Source: Macrostomum lignano | Taxonomy: Eukaryota | Direction of reading: 5' to 3' | DNA length: 64,000 nt | Assembly: GCA_002269645.1 (NCBI GenBank) | Contig: NIVC01003506.1 | Location: 1-64,000, forward strand | Part shown: positions 29,822 to 40,909 of the stretch, in pieces | How positions within the stretch are numbered: position 1 is the stretch's first letter | How the letters are laid out: the number at the start of each line of letters is the position of its first letter | Program-made: the position numbers and the translations under genes | Notes under the pieces: model-generated | Told to the model about the DNA's origin: nothing | What the model saw: the letters and a program-made list of their open reading frames with translations, nothing else | Database searches by the model: none

Positions 29822-31065
29822 GGGATTAGGGGCGCGTCTGGAATGGATTAGGTGCGGGTCTGGAAGGGATTAGGTGCGGGTCTGGAAGGGATTAGCTGCG
29901 CGTCTGGAATGGATTAGGTGCGGGTCTGGAATGGATTAGGTGCGGGTCTGGAAGGGATTAGGGGCGGGTCTGGAAGGGATTAAGGGAGGGTCTGGAATGG
30001 ATTAGGGGCGGGTCTGGAATGGATTAGGAGCGGGTCTGGAAGGGATTAGGGGAGGGTCTGGAATGGATTAGGGGCGGGTCTGGAAGGGATTAGGGGCGGG
30101 TCTGGAATGGATTAGGTGCGGGTCTGGAAGGGATTAGGTGCGGGTCTGGAAGGGATTAGCTGCGCGTCTGGAATGGATTAGGTGCGGGTCTGGAATGGAT
30201 TAGGTGCGGGTCTGGAAGGGATTAGGGGCGGGTCTGGAAGGGATTAAGGGAGGGTCTGGAATGGATTAGGGGCGGGTCTGGAATGGATTAGGAGCGGGTC
30301 TGGAAGGGATTAGGGGAGGGTCTGGAATGGATTAGGGGCGGGTCTGGAAGGGATTAGGGGCGGGTCTGGAATGGATTAGGTGCGGGTCTGGAAGGGATTA
30401 GGGGCGGGTCTGGAAGGGATTAGGGGAGGGTCTGGAATGGATTAGGTGCGGGTCTGGAAGGGATTAGGAGCGGGTCTGGAAGGGATTAGGGGAGGGTCTG
30501 GAATGGATTAGGGGCGGGTCTGGAAGGGATTAGGGGCGGGTCTGGAATGGATTAGGTGCGGGTCTGGAAGGGATTAGGGGCGGGTCTGGAAGGGATTAGG
30601 GGAGGGTCTGGAATGGATTAGGTGCGGGTCTGGAAGGGATTAGGAGCGGGTCTGGAAGGGATTAGGGGCGGGTCTGGAATGGATTAGGGGCGGGTCTGGA
30701 ATGGATTAGGGGGGTCTGGAATAGATAAGGGGAGGGTCTGGAATGGATTAGGGGCGGGTCTGGAATGGATTAGGGGGGTCTGGAATAGATAAGGGGAGGG
30801 TCTGGAATGGATTAGGGGAGGGTCTGGAATGGATTAGGGGAGGGTCTGGAATGGATTAGGGGGGTCTGGAATGGATTAGGGGTGGGTCTGGAATGGTTTA
30901 GGGGAGCGTCTGGAATGGATTAGGGGAGTGTCTGGAATGGATTAGGGGCGGGTTTGGAATGCATTAAGGGTGGGTCTAGAATGAATTTAGGGTGGGTCTA
31001 AAATTGAGTTTAGGAGGGTCTGGAATGGATTAGGGGAGGGTCCGATATGTATTAGGGGAGGGGGT
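29822..31065. repeat. 22-bp G-rich minisatellite, about 56 copies, with a 264-bp higher-order step
   Basis: Unit GGGATTAGGGGCGGGTCTGGAA; variant AGCTGCGCGTCTGG at 29894 and 30158. Confidence 0.95.
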
Positions 31066-31189
31066 TTGTAGGTATGCATTTAACATTACTTAAAACAAAG
31101 GAGTGACTCCCAACATAGAAGTACACATGCACTGTTGTAGGCCTTTGCTGCCAGACTCCATCATTTAGTTGTCTGTTGGAAAGCCTCTA

Positions 31190-31306
31190 CACTGTGTCTG
31201 ACAGACAGACACACAGACAGAGACAGAGAGACAGACAGAGAGACAGACAGACAGACAGACAGAGAGACAGAGACAGAAAGACAGACAGACAGACAGAGAC
31301 AGAAAG

Positions 31307-31363
<57 letters not shown>

Positions 31364-31404
31364 GTCAGAGAGACAGACACACAGACAGACAGACAGACAG
31401 ACAC

Positions 31405-31445
<41 letters not shown>

Positions 31446-31580
31446 GAGACAGACACACAGACAGACAGACAGACAGACAGACACACAGACAGACAGACAG
31501 ACACACAGACAGACAGACAGACAGACACACAGACAGACAGACAGACAGACACACAGACAGACAGACACACAGACAGACAC

Positions 31581-31639
<59 letters not shown>

Positions 31640-31650
31640 CACAGACAGTC
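31190..31650. repeat. (GACA)n compound microsatellite
   Basis: GACA runs with CA/GA interruptions. Confidence 0.97.
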
Positions 31651-32261
31651 CCAATGAGAACGCAGGCATCTAGCATCTCAGGGGCGATGCTGAGAGGATG
31701 CTGGCTGAAAGAAACTGAAAGACAATGCAGACGAGATCGAGGTCACTAGAGGATAATTATCAGAACAAACCCCGCACAACACAAGCCAGAAAATTAACAA
31801 ACGCTTTGAAAAAAGATGTTTAGACCAGACTTTTCTCTGGTTAGTATAAGGCAAAATAGTAGTGTAGCATAAATAAAATTTATATTTTTGTTGATGCATT
31901 ATAAATTTTATTAATTGTATCCTCTCGCCAGTACAGTGGAGGCACGGGCAGACAACTGGGAACAAATTCATGTGAAAGGGAAACCACAGGCCGACTGGCA
32001 GAACATGCAATTCTGTTCTTTCGCTGAACAACATGGCAGAGCTGAGCTACACAACCGCATATTAACAATTGCAAAATGGAAAATATGTTAACTAGTTGAT
32101 CTTTGCAAATTTTACAATGGGACAGTTTCGAAAATATGATTAAAAGTTTCAAAAGTAGCCTCAGACACGCAGCAACCTCCATCCTAGCGTCTGCTTTGCA
32201 GGCACTGAGAAGCCTGGATTTATGGAAATATTCTGAAGAGGATTTTGAAGATCTGGGAGGC

Positions 32262-33060
32262 TGGCCTAGTAACTGAGGATCTGGGAAGCTGACCCAGGAA
32301 CTGAGAATCTGGGAGGCTGGCCCAGCAACTGAGAATCTGGGAGGCTGGCCCAGCAACTGAGGATCTGGGAAGCTGACCCAGGAACTGAGAATCTGGGAGG
32401 CTGGCCCAGCAACTGGGGATCTGGGAGGCTGGCCCAGCAACTGGGGATCTGGGAGGCTGGCCCAGCAACTGAGGATCTGAGAGGCTGGCCCAGCAACTGG
32501 GGATCTGGGAGGCTGGCCCAGCAACTGGGGATCTGGGAGGCTGGCCCAGCAACTGAGGATCTGAGAGGCTGGCCCAGCAACTGGGGATCTGGGAGGCTGG
32601 CCCAGCAACTGGGGATCTGGGAGGCTGGCCCAGCAACTGGGGATCTGGGAGGCTGGCCCAGCAACTGAGGATCTGGGAGGCTGGCCCAGCAACTGGGGAT
32701 CTGGGAGGCTGGCCCAGCAACTGAGGATCTGAGAGGCTGGCCCAGTAACTGAGGATCTGGGAGGCTGGCCCAGCAACTGACACTCTGGGAGGCTGACCCA
32801 GCAACTGAGGATCTGGGAGGCTGGCCCAGCAACTGACACTCTGGGAGGCTGACCCAGCAACTGAGGATCTGGGAGGCTGGCCCAGCAACTGACACTCTGG
32901 GAGGCTGACCCAGCAACTGAGGATCTGGGAGGCTGGCCCAGCAACTGGGGATCTGGGAGGCTGGCCCAGCAACTGAGGATCTGGGAGGCTGGCCCAGCAA
33001 CTGGGGATCTGGGAGGCTGGCCCAGCAACTGAGGATCTGGGAGGCTGGCGGTGGTGACGC
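32262..33060. repeat. 28-bp minisatellite, about 28 copies
   Basis: Unit GGAGGCTGGCCCAGCAACTGAGGATCTG; ends in GGCGGTGGTGAC. Confidence 0.95.
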
Positions 33061-33394
33061 AGTAACATAGAATCTGCATGGCAAATTGAAACCAGAGTTA
33101 GGAAAAAAATCATCGAGTACGTACTAGAATAGTTAGCAGTTGACAAAATAGTTGTGTTTCGATGGATGCTGAGCCTCAAGCCAAAAGCTCACTCAGGTAC
33201 ACAGCAGGAAAGAAATTCACAATTTTTCGGGTCATAGAAAATGATCAAACACGGCTGGTATCAGTAACAATGTGTGCGACATGATCTGAGTATTGTATTG
33301 TCGATTGGTTAAGCATTTCAAGTGTCAGTTTAAGGTGTCCTCTTGGCCTGGTTGGCAAGCCAGCCGACGTCAAAAACCCAGCGAAGCAGAAATT

Positions 33395-36300
33395 TTAATT
33401 ACGGCGGCTTGGAGCGCAGTATTTCTCGTAGTACTTCTCCAGGTCAGTCTCTGAAAACGGGGAGGATGGGCATCGGGTTGCTTTGTTGACTGCGAGATAA
33501 AGAAAGGGAGAGATTGGGAAATGAAGATGAAGGAGGGAGGTGACTGGGGGATGAAGATGAAGGGAGGGAGGAGACTAGGAGATAAAGATGTAAATAGGGA
33601 AAGTGGGAGATGGAGACTAGGAGATGGAGGGAGAGACTGGTAGATGAAGGGAGACTGGGAGATGAAGGGAAACTGGGAGATAGAGGGAGAGACTGGGAGA
33701 TGAAGGGATACTTGGAGATGGAGGGAGAGACTGGGAAATGAAGGGATATACCGGGAAATGAAGGGATATACCGGGAAATGAAGGGATAATAGGATGGGAG
33801 ATGAAGGGAGACTGGGAGATGAAGGGAGACTTGGAGATGGAGGGAGAGACTGGGAAATGAAGGGATATACCGGGAAATGAAGGGATAATAGGATGGGAGA
33901 TGAAGGGAGACTGGGAGATGGAGAGAGAGACTGGGAATCGAAGAGATAGACTGGGAAATGAAGGGATAATAGGATGGGAGATGAAGGGAGACTGGGAGAT
34001 AAAGGGAGACTAGGGGTTAAAGGGAGAGACTAGGAGATAAAGAGAGACTGGGAGATAGAGGGAGAGACTGGGAGATGAAGGGGAGACTGGGAGATGAAGG
34101 GGAGACTGGGAGATAAAGGGAGGGAGACTGAGATGAAGGGAAAGAGAAACAGAACGACGTAAACACAGAATGAGTCAGTGCCTCTGAACCAGGGGTACTC
34201 TCATGAGAGAACACCAACAGCCGCTACGCAAGCTCACCTTTGGCCTGACTCATGAGGTTCCACAGTCGCTCTTCATCAGGACTGTGTGGGAAAATGCACT
34301 TGACTCCGTATCTGCACTGCTTGGTTTTGGCGATATTCTGGCACAGGAAGAACTTCGTCTGCGGCCTGTTGGGGTTGGGCACGGGCGCCCTGGCGTCGAG
34401 GCCACTGTTGCTGTAGACAATGATGGGCTTCACCCAGGCGTGCTGCCGCTGCTGGCACTGGCTGGGCTTATTGGGGTCGCGCGGCGATCGGCACTTGAAG
34501 CAGACGGCTTTGAGCAGCTGCTGCTGTGGCTGCGGATTCGCTGCTGAAGGCGCTGAGGCCGCGGCAGCTGCTGACTGGGCGCCGCTGCTTCCAACAGTTC
34601 CAGTCGAGGAGGCTGCGGCAGCGGCTGAGTTCGATGAGGCCGGAACTGCCGAGGCAGCGGCTGTGGATTTGCGAAGCCTGCAGACAACAGAAACATTTTG
34701 GGAGATGGGGATTTAGCCTGCAACTGATTGTAAGTGTCTGGAAATTTCCGTGGTATTGAGACCGGGTTTCTTGGAATTAGTACTTCGATTTCTAAAAATT
34801 TGAATTCTGATTAAATTTCGGATTCATTTTTTGAAAATTCGGATTGCGCTTCCTAAAAACCAAATTAGGATTCCTAAAATTCAGTTTGTGTTTCTTAGAA
34901 AGCAGATTAGGATTTTTAGGAATTTGATTGTGTGTCTTAGAAACGAAATTAGGATTCCCAGAATTCGGGTTGCGTTTCTTAGAAACCGGATTAGGATTCC
35001 AAGAATATAAACTGTGTTTCTCGGAAACCAGATTAGGACTTTTAGAATTCGGATTGTGTTTCTTAGAAACAAAATTTGGGTTTTAAGAATACAGATCAAG
35101 TTTCATGAAATTCATACTGGGATTCTTAGAATTTAGACTTAATTTCTCGGAATGCGCTGCTTAGAATCGATATCGGGGATATCTTACACTTTTGATTCAT
35201 AAAGACTTAACATTGACATTAATATTTTAAGAATTAAGACTCAAAAAGTGTTAATCAAAAACAGCACACAGCTCTCACCTGCGCACAGCGGCGTCCCAGG
35301 ACCAGCGGCCCACCCGCTCCAGATTCCACAGCTGGCATTCCACTTCGCCGTGCGCGTAGTCGCAGTCGGACCTGAGGCACTTGTCCTCCACGTACAGGCG
35401 GCAGTTGTAGTACTCCCTGACCGGCTTGCTGCCTGACCGCAGCTGCCGCACCTGGCACCAGTGAGAGGCGCCGGGCGCCCGGACCAGCAGGCGGGTCTCG
35501 GCGCAGGAGTGCCCGGTCGCTGGGTCGTACTTGAACCGGGTGCAGATCACGTCCAGCGGCGTGGAGCACTGGTCGCAGGCCAGAACCATGGAGTAGTCCG
35601 GGACCGACGGGAATTCTGGCGTGGATGCGGCGGCTTGGCCGGCCGTCCGAGACTGAGGGAGACGCGGGGGGGGGGGACCCCAAAATCTTTAAACAATCTC
35701 TCCCTGCAGAATGATGGAATAAAAAAACGATCAGAATCCAAATCTACTAAATCTCACCCCTTAGAATCCATCCAAATCTACTAAATCTCATCCCTCAGAA
35801 TCCAAATCTACTAAATCTCACCCCTCAGAATCCAAATCTACTAAATCTCACCCCTCAGAATCTAAATCTACTAAATCTCACCCTGGAGAATCCAAACCTA
35901 CTAAATCTCACCCTGGAGAATCCAAATCTACTAAATCTCACCCTGGAGAATCCAAATCTACTAAATCTTAACCCTCAGAATCCAAATCTACTAAATCTTA
36001 ACCCTCAGAATCCAAATACACTAAATCTCACACTATACTCCAAAACAACAAAATCTCATTCTAGAAGACACCCAACCCACAAAATCTCAGTCTAGAAGAC
36101 ACCCAACCCACAAAATCTCAGCCTAAAGACACCCAACCCACAAAATCTCATTCTAGAAGACACCCAACCCACAAAATCTCAGTCTAGAAGACACCCAACT
36201 CACAAAATCTCAGTCTAGAAGACACCCAACCCACAAAATCTCAGTCTAGAAGACACCCAACTCACAAAATCTCAGTCTAGAAGACACCCAACCCACAAAA

Positions 36301-39300
36301 TCTGTCTAGAAGACACCCAACCCACAAAATCTGTCTAGAAGACACCTAACCCACAAAATCTCAGTCTAGAAGACACCCAACTCACAAAATCTGTCTAGAA
36401 GACACCCAACTCACAAAATCTCAGTCTAGAAGACACCCAACTCACAAAATCTCAGTCTAGAAGACACCCAACTCACAAAATCTCAGTCTAGAAGACACCC
36501 AACCCACAAAATCTGTCTAGAAGACACCCAACCCACAAAATCTGTCTAGAAGACACCCAACCCACAAAATCTCAGTCTAGAAGACACCCAACTCACAAAA
36601 TCTCAGTCTAGAAGACACCCAACCCACAAAATCTCAGTCTAGAAGACACCCAACTCACAAAATATCAGTCTAGAAGACACCCAACTCACAAAATCTCAGT
36701 CTAGAAGACACCCAACTCACAAAATCTCAGTCTAGAAGACACCCAACCCACAAAATCTCAAGCCACAATTCACAGTCTCACCGTTGGGAAGGCGGCATTT
36801 ATAGGGAATCCCCCGCTGGCGGAAGTCTTTACCTCCATTAACGGCGAGATGATCGAGGCGGCCGAAGCAGGTGGCGCGAACTTCTGACCGATTGGCCTGA
36901 GCAGAGGCGCCGGTTCGTCGAAATTGTCCAATGAGTTCAAGTAGCTTTGCGACTTCTTAGCGCCCTGCTGCTGCTGCTGCTGGGCGGCCGCGGGCAGGGC
37001 AGCGGCGAAGCCGGGGGCGGAGTCCGGTGTGAGAAGAGACTGGCTGGCCTGCGGATCGGAAAGGTCAAATGAAGGTCAAATTGCGCTAAATAATCAAATG
37101 AAAATTAGCCTAGCGCTTTATGTACTGCAAGTTGGTGTAGGTTAAGCAAGCCTGATGGTGGTTAGTACGACAAGAATGTCGCAGTGAGTAAGGTAGTTAC
37201 ACTAGAATCTCAAGTTTCAGGGAACAGAGATGGAAATCTCCAACTGTCTACTAGCAGTAGGCTGTACCCAGCTTAGCATAGCCGGCAAAATCGCTCACCG
37301 ACTGAGAGGCGGATGCCGACGCGGCAGCAGCAGCCGAGTAGAGCGACGCCGTCTGCGGCTGCGGCGGCTCGTCGTTGAAGTCGTCCAAAGAGTTCAAATA
37401 GTCGCCCCCGCCGCGGCCCACCATCGGCTGGCTGTGGTCCGGGCTGAGCAAGGAAGCCGGCCGGGCAGCGGGCAGGCCGGGATCGTAGCCGCCATAGTAC
37501 ACCTGCTGCTGCTCCTCCGCCTCGTCTCCTGGTGGAATCAAAGCTACGGCAGGCTGCAGACTCTGCCTGGCCTGCTCAATAAAACGGGCCACGTTGAACT
37601 GGTCATCGCACTGCAGATTCCACAGGTGAAGTTCTTCGTGCCCGTGCGGGAACGGGCAGTCCAAGCCGAGCTGACAGCGCTGCTTGCGGGCGAAGTGCCG
37701 GCAGAAATTGGTGAACTCCTGCCTGAAGTAGTCGGGCGGCGGCCGGATCAGCTTCCAACCTTCGGAGGCTTTCTCGCGCTGGCAGACGAACAGGCAGTCC
37801 AGCTGGCAGGCGTGGCCGGAGCTGTGGTTGTCCAACATGCAGTAGGCGAACCCGTTCTGCCCGAGCAGCTCGGCCACGCAGTCCAGACAGCCCAGGCGGT
37901 ACTGGTGCGTGCTGTCTAGCGGGAACTCCAGCTGATCTGCGTCCGCCTCCGCCTCGTTGCCATAGTCTTCTGAGTCCTTAGCAACGCTGTACATGGCATC
38001 GTAGCTGGCGGTGTCGCTGTAACCATAGAGACCGGATGAACCGCCGAAGGAGGAAGCCTGTATGGGGATTAAACCGAGTTGATGAACAGCACGACCGGCG
38101 TTCTTGGGATTTAAGAGGGTGGCCCAGCAACTGGGGATCTGGGAGGCTGGCCCAGCAACTGACACTCTGGAAGGCTGGCCCAGCAACTGGGGATCTGGAA
38201 GGCTGGCCCATCAACTGAGGATCTGGGAGGCTGGTGGCCCAGCAACTGAGGATCTGGGAGGCTGGCCAAGCAACTGAGGATCTGGGAGGCTGGCCAAGCA
38301 ACTGAGGACCTGGGAGGCTGGCCCAGCAGCTGGGGATCTGGGAGGCTGGCCAGGCAACTGAGGATCTGGGAGGCTGGCCCAGCAGCTGGGGATCTGGGAG
38401 GCTGGCGGTGGTGACCCAAGAGAGTGGAATGTATGGATCGAAGCTCCAGACTCACAGGCTGTGCAGAACTGTCTCCGAGTCCAAAGTTCGAAATTCGAGC
38501 GGCGGCCGCCTGGGCTGGCGGTGGCTTTTTCTGCGGACTTGCCGCCGCCGTGTTGACTTTCAGCTGGTCGACAATGTACTGGATGGTCAATGACCCACGA
38601 GCCTGCAGATTCCACAATTCGCACTCCACATCCGAATGCGGATCCTCGCACTCGTCGCCATGGAAACACTCGCCGAACGTGGCCTGATTTGAGCACAGCT
38701 CGTACACGTAGCTGTAGCCGAGATCGACTTCTTTCGGCATTCGAACCACATACCAGGTGGTTTCTTTAAGGAGGCGGGCAATGAGGCAATCGCGGGAGCA
38801 AGTCTCGCAGGGGGCATCTGCTCGATTGCCATTGTCATCCACGCAGTTGGCGCAGGCCAGGTCGAATGCGAACTTGCTGAGTTCGGCAGCTGAATTGTCC
38901 TGCTGCTGGCAGGAATAATAGCTGGAAGAAGTGGCAGATACTGAGGCAGAGGCGGCAATCGGAGCCGAAGAAGACATCGAGCCGGAAGCATATGCTGGCG
39001 CATTCGCCGATACGGAAGCAGAAAACTGGGCGCTGTTGCTGCTGTTGCTTTTGCTGGCCTTTGCGTACTGTTGTGTAATGGGTGGTGGCGGCGGTGGTGG
39101 AGGAGGCGGATGCAGCTCAGCAGCGGACTGACTGGTTGGTGGAGCATCAACCGGAGACCTGGTGACCTGGTTGGCGGTCCAGCTGAACAGAGCTCCGATT
39201 GGGGGCAAATGAGGCTGCTGCTGAACAACTTTCGGTGGGATTTCGGCAGTCATTAAAGGCTTGACTGGTGCTGGCTCGGCAGGCTTTCGCTGCTGTTTAG

Positions 39301-40909
39301 GCGTTTCGCCATTGTGTTTAGCGATGAACCCGGCAACCGTGAATGCGTCCATATAGTTTTTGTCGAAATTCCACAGCTCTGTTTCAATTTCGGAATGCCC
39401 GAAGGTGCAGTTCTCGCGGCAAGGATAGCCCCCCTTGGATTTGTAGCATCGATAATAATTACCGGTATAACCCGGACGAGCTACCCGTGGTCGAATCAGT
39501 TTCCACAGAGTTTCACCAGGCTCCTTGGCAAACAGCTGGTTTCGTGGACAATTGTGCTTCTGTGGCTTGGTCGCAATTTCATAATCATATACCCGACCAT
39601 CGGCAGGCTTCGAACAGTCGGAGCACGCCAAGCAGAGATCCCACTTGGCTAGGAAGGGAAAATCGCCATCCTTGATCAGTTTCAGTGGCTCGGCTGAAGA
39701 AGACTGGCCAGCGGAACCTACGCCGCCGCCGCCACTTTTTTTCCCACCAGCTGGCACAGTCTGCCACGAAGTCTCAGCCAGAGCTTGACGAAACTGCTCA
39801 GTTTCCTGCTCGTGAATTCTTGTGTCTTTCAATTTAACCGATTCTTTCTCAGCAGCAGTTGCCTGCTTGGCAATATTAGCCTTCTCAGACTGTTTTGTCA
39901 CAGCGTTCTGCTCAGACGAATCGCTCGATTTTTGCTTGGAAGACTTCTTCTTTTTCTTATTGCCACTTTGATCCGCTTGCTGCTGCTGCTGCTTTTGGTT
40001 TTCTTTGGCTGCGGCAGCTGCTGCTTTCTTTTCGTTCTCTTTTGCTTGCCGCTCTCTTTCTAATCTCTGCTTCTCCTCTTGCTTTTGTTTTTCCTGCTTT
40101 TGCCTCTCTTTCTCTTGTCTTTGCCGCTCTTCCTGCCGCTCTTTTTCTTGCTTCTGCTTCTCAAGACGCTGCTTCTCCTGCCTCTCCATTTCTAGACGTT
40201 TTGCTTTTTCTTGTTTCTCTTTTTCAAGACGCTGCCTTTCCTTTTCTTGCCTTTCCTTTTCCAGACGCTGCTGCTCCAAACGTTGTTTCTCTTTTTCTTT
40301 CGCTTGTATCTGCTTTTTATAAGCCTCGTCTTTGTCTTTCTTTTGCTGCTGCAATTTAAGTTCCTCGGCAGTGTTGTCTTCCCTAGAAACCGAAGCCTGC
40401 TTGTGCCGGCCATTCGGAGCAGGCACGGCCACTCCGGTGGCTACTCGAACTCCGCCAGTTCCACTCTCAGTTGTTACCCGGACTTTGCTGAGCTCCGAGT
40501 CCGACCAATCCGACAGGGGGTCGTCAATCACGGAATCTTCAACGCTATCGTCATCGGAGCTGTCGCCGCAGCCACCGTAGTGCTCAACAAGATCCTGTGA
40601 GGCGGACTTTGCCGCTTCATGTCTTGAATCTTTGGCGTCATCTTCCTGGCCTGCACGCGACGAAGCCAAGTCCCCCGACTGGTCCGGGCGTCTCTGCTGC
40701 TGCTTACTGAACTCTGCGGCAACATTCACCTCGGGTATGGAGGAGGAGGAGGTGGCCGAATCAGACCGCGCCTCGTGTCGATTGACGCTGCTGTTATAAG
40801 GCTGCGAGGCTGGCGGCGGCGGCGGGCGATATTCGGCCAGGAATTCGAGCTCGTTGTCGCTATCCGCCGGTTCCAGAGCTGGCACGGACTCGCCAGTTTG
40901 GCTGCCCAT
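33395..40909 (-). CDS. multi-CCCH zinc-finger protein, 1449 aa, five ZC3H7/HELZ2-like modules; exons 40909-38456, 38057-37299, 37048-36782, 35652-35279, 34677-34238, 33450-33395
   Basis: Acidic N-terminus and E/K/Q/R coiled coil, then five L-A-C-x2-C ... W-x2-I/V-R-P ... C-x7/8-C-x3/5-C-x3-H-x3-E-x2-L-W modules; all five introns are GT-AG and phase-consistent (0,0,0,2,1); total 4350 nt ending in TAA. Start Met inferred from the acceptor at 40917-40919. Confidence 0.85.
33500..34150. repeat. GA-rich degenerate repeat, CCCH-gene intron 5
   Basis: GGGAGACTGGGAGATGAA-type units. Confidence 0.85.
34760..35175. repeat. degenerate about 40-bp repeat, CCCH-gene intron 4
   Basis: Recurrent GTTTCTTAGAAA...GATTAGGATT...AGAATT units. 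Confidence 0.65.
35735..36030. repeat. 30-bp minisatellite, about 10 copies, CCCH-gene intron 3
   Basis: Unit CTCACCCCTCAGAATCCAAATCTACTAAAT. Confidence 0.92.
36045..36760. repeat. 31-bp minisatellite, about 23 copies, CCCH-gene intron 3
   Basis: Unit AACCCACAAAATCTCAGTCTAGAAGACACCC. Confidence 0.95.
38118..38415. repeat. 28-bp minisatellite, about 10 copies, CCCH-gene intron 1 (same family as 32262-33060)
   Basis: Same unit, same ACTGACACTCTGG variant and same GGCGGTGGTGAC end. Confidence 0.95.
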
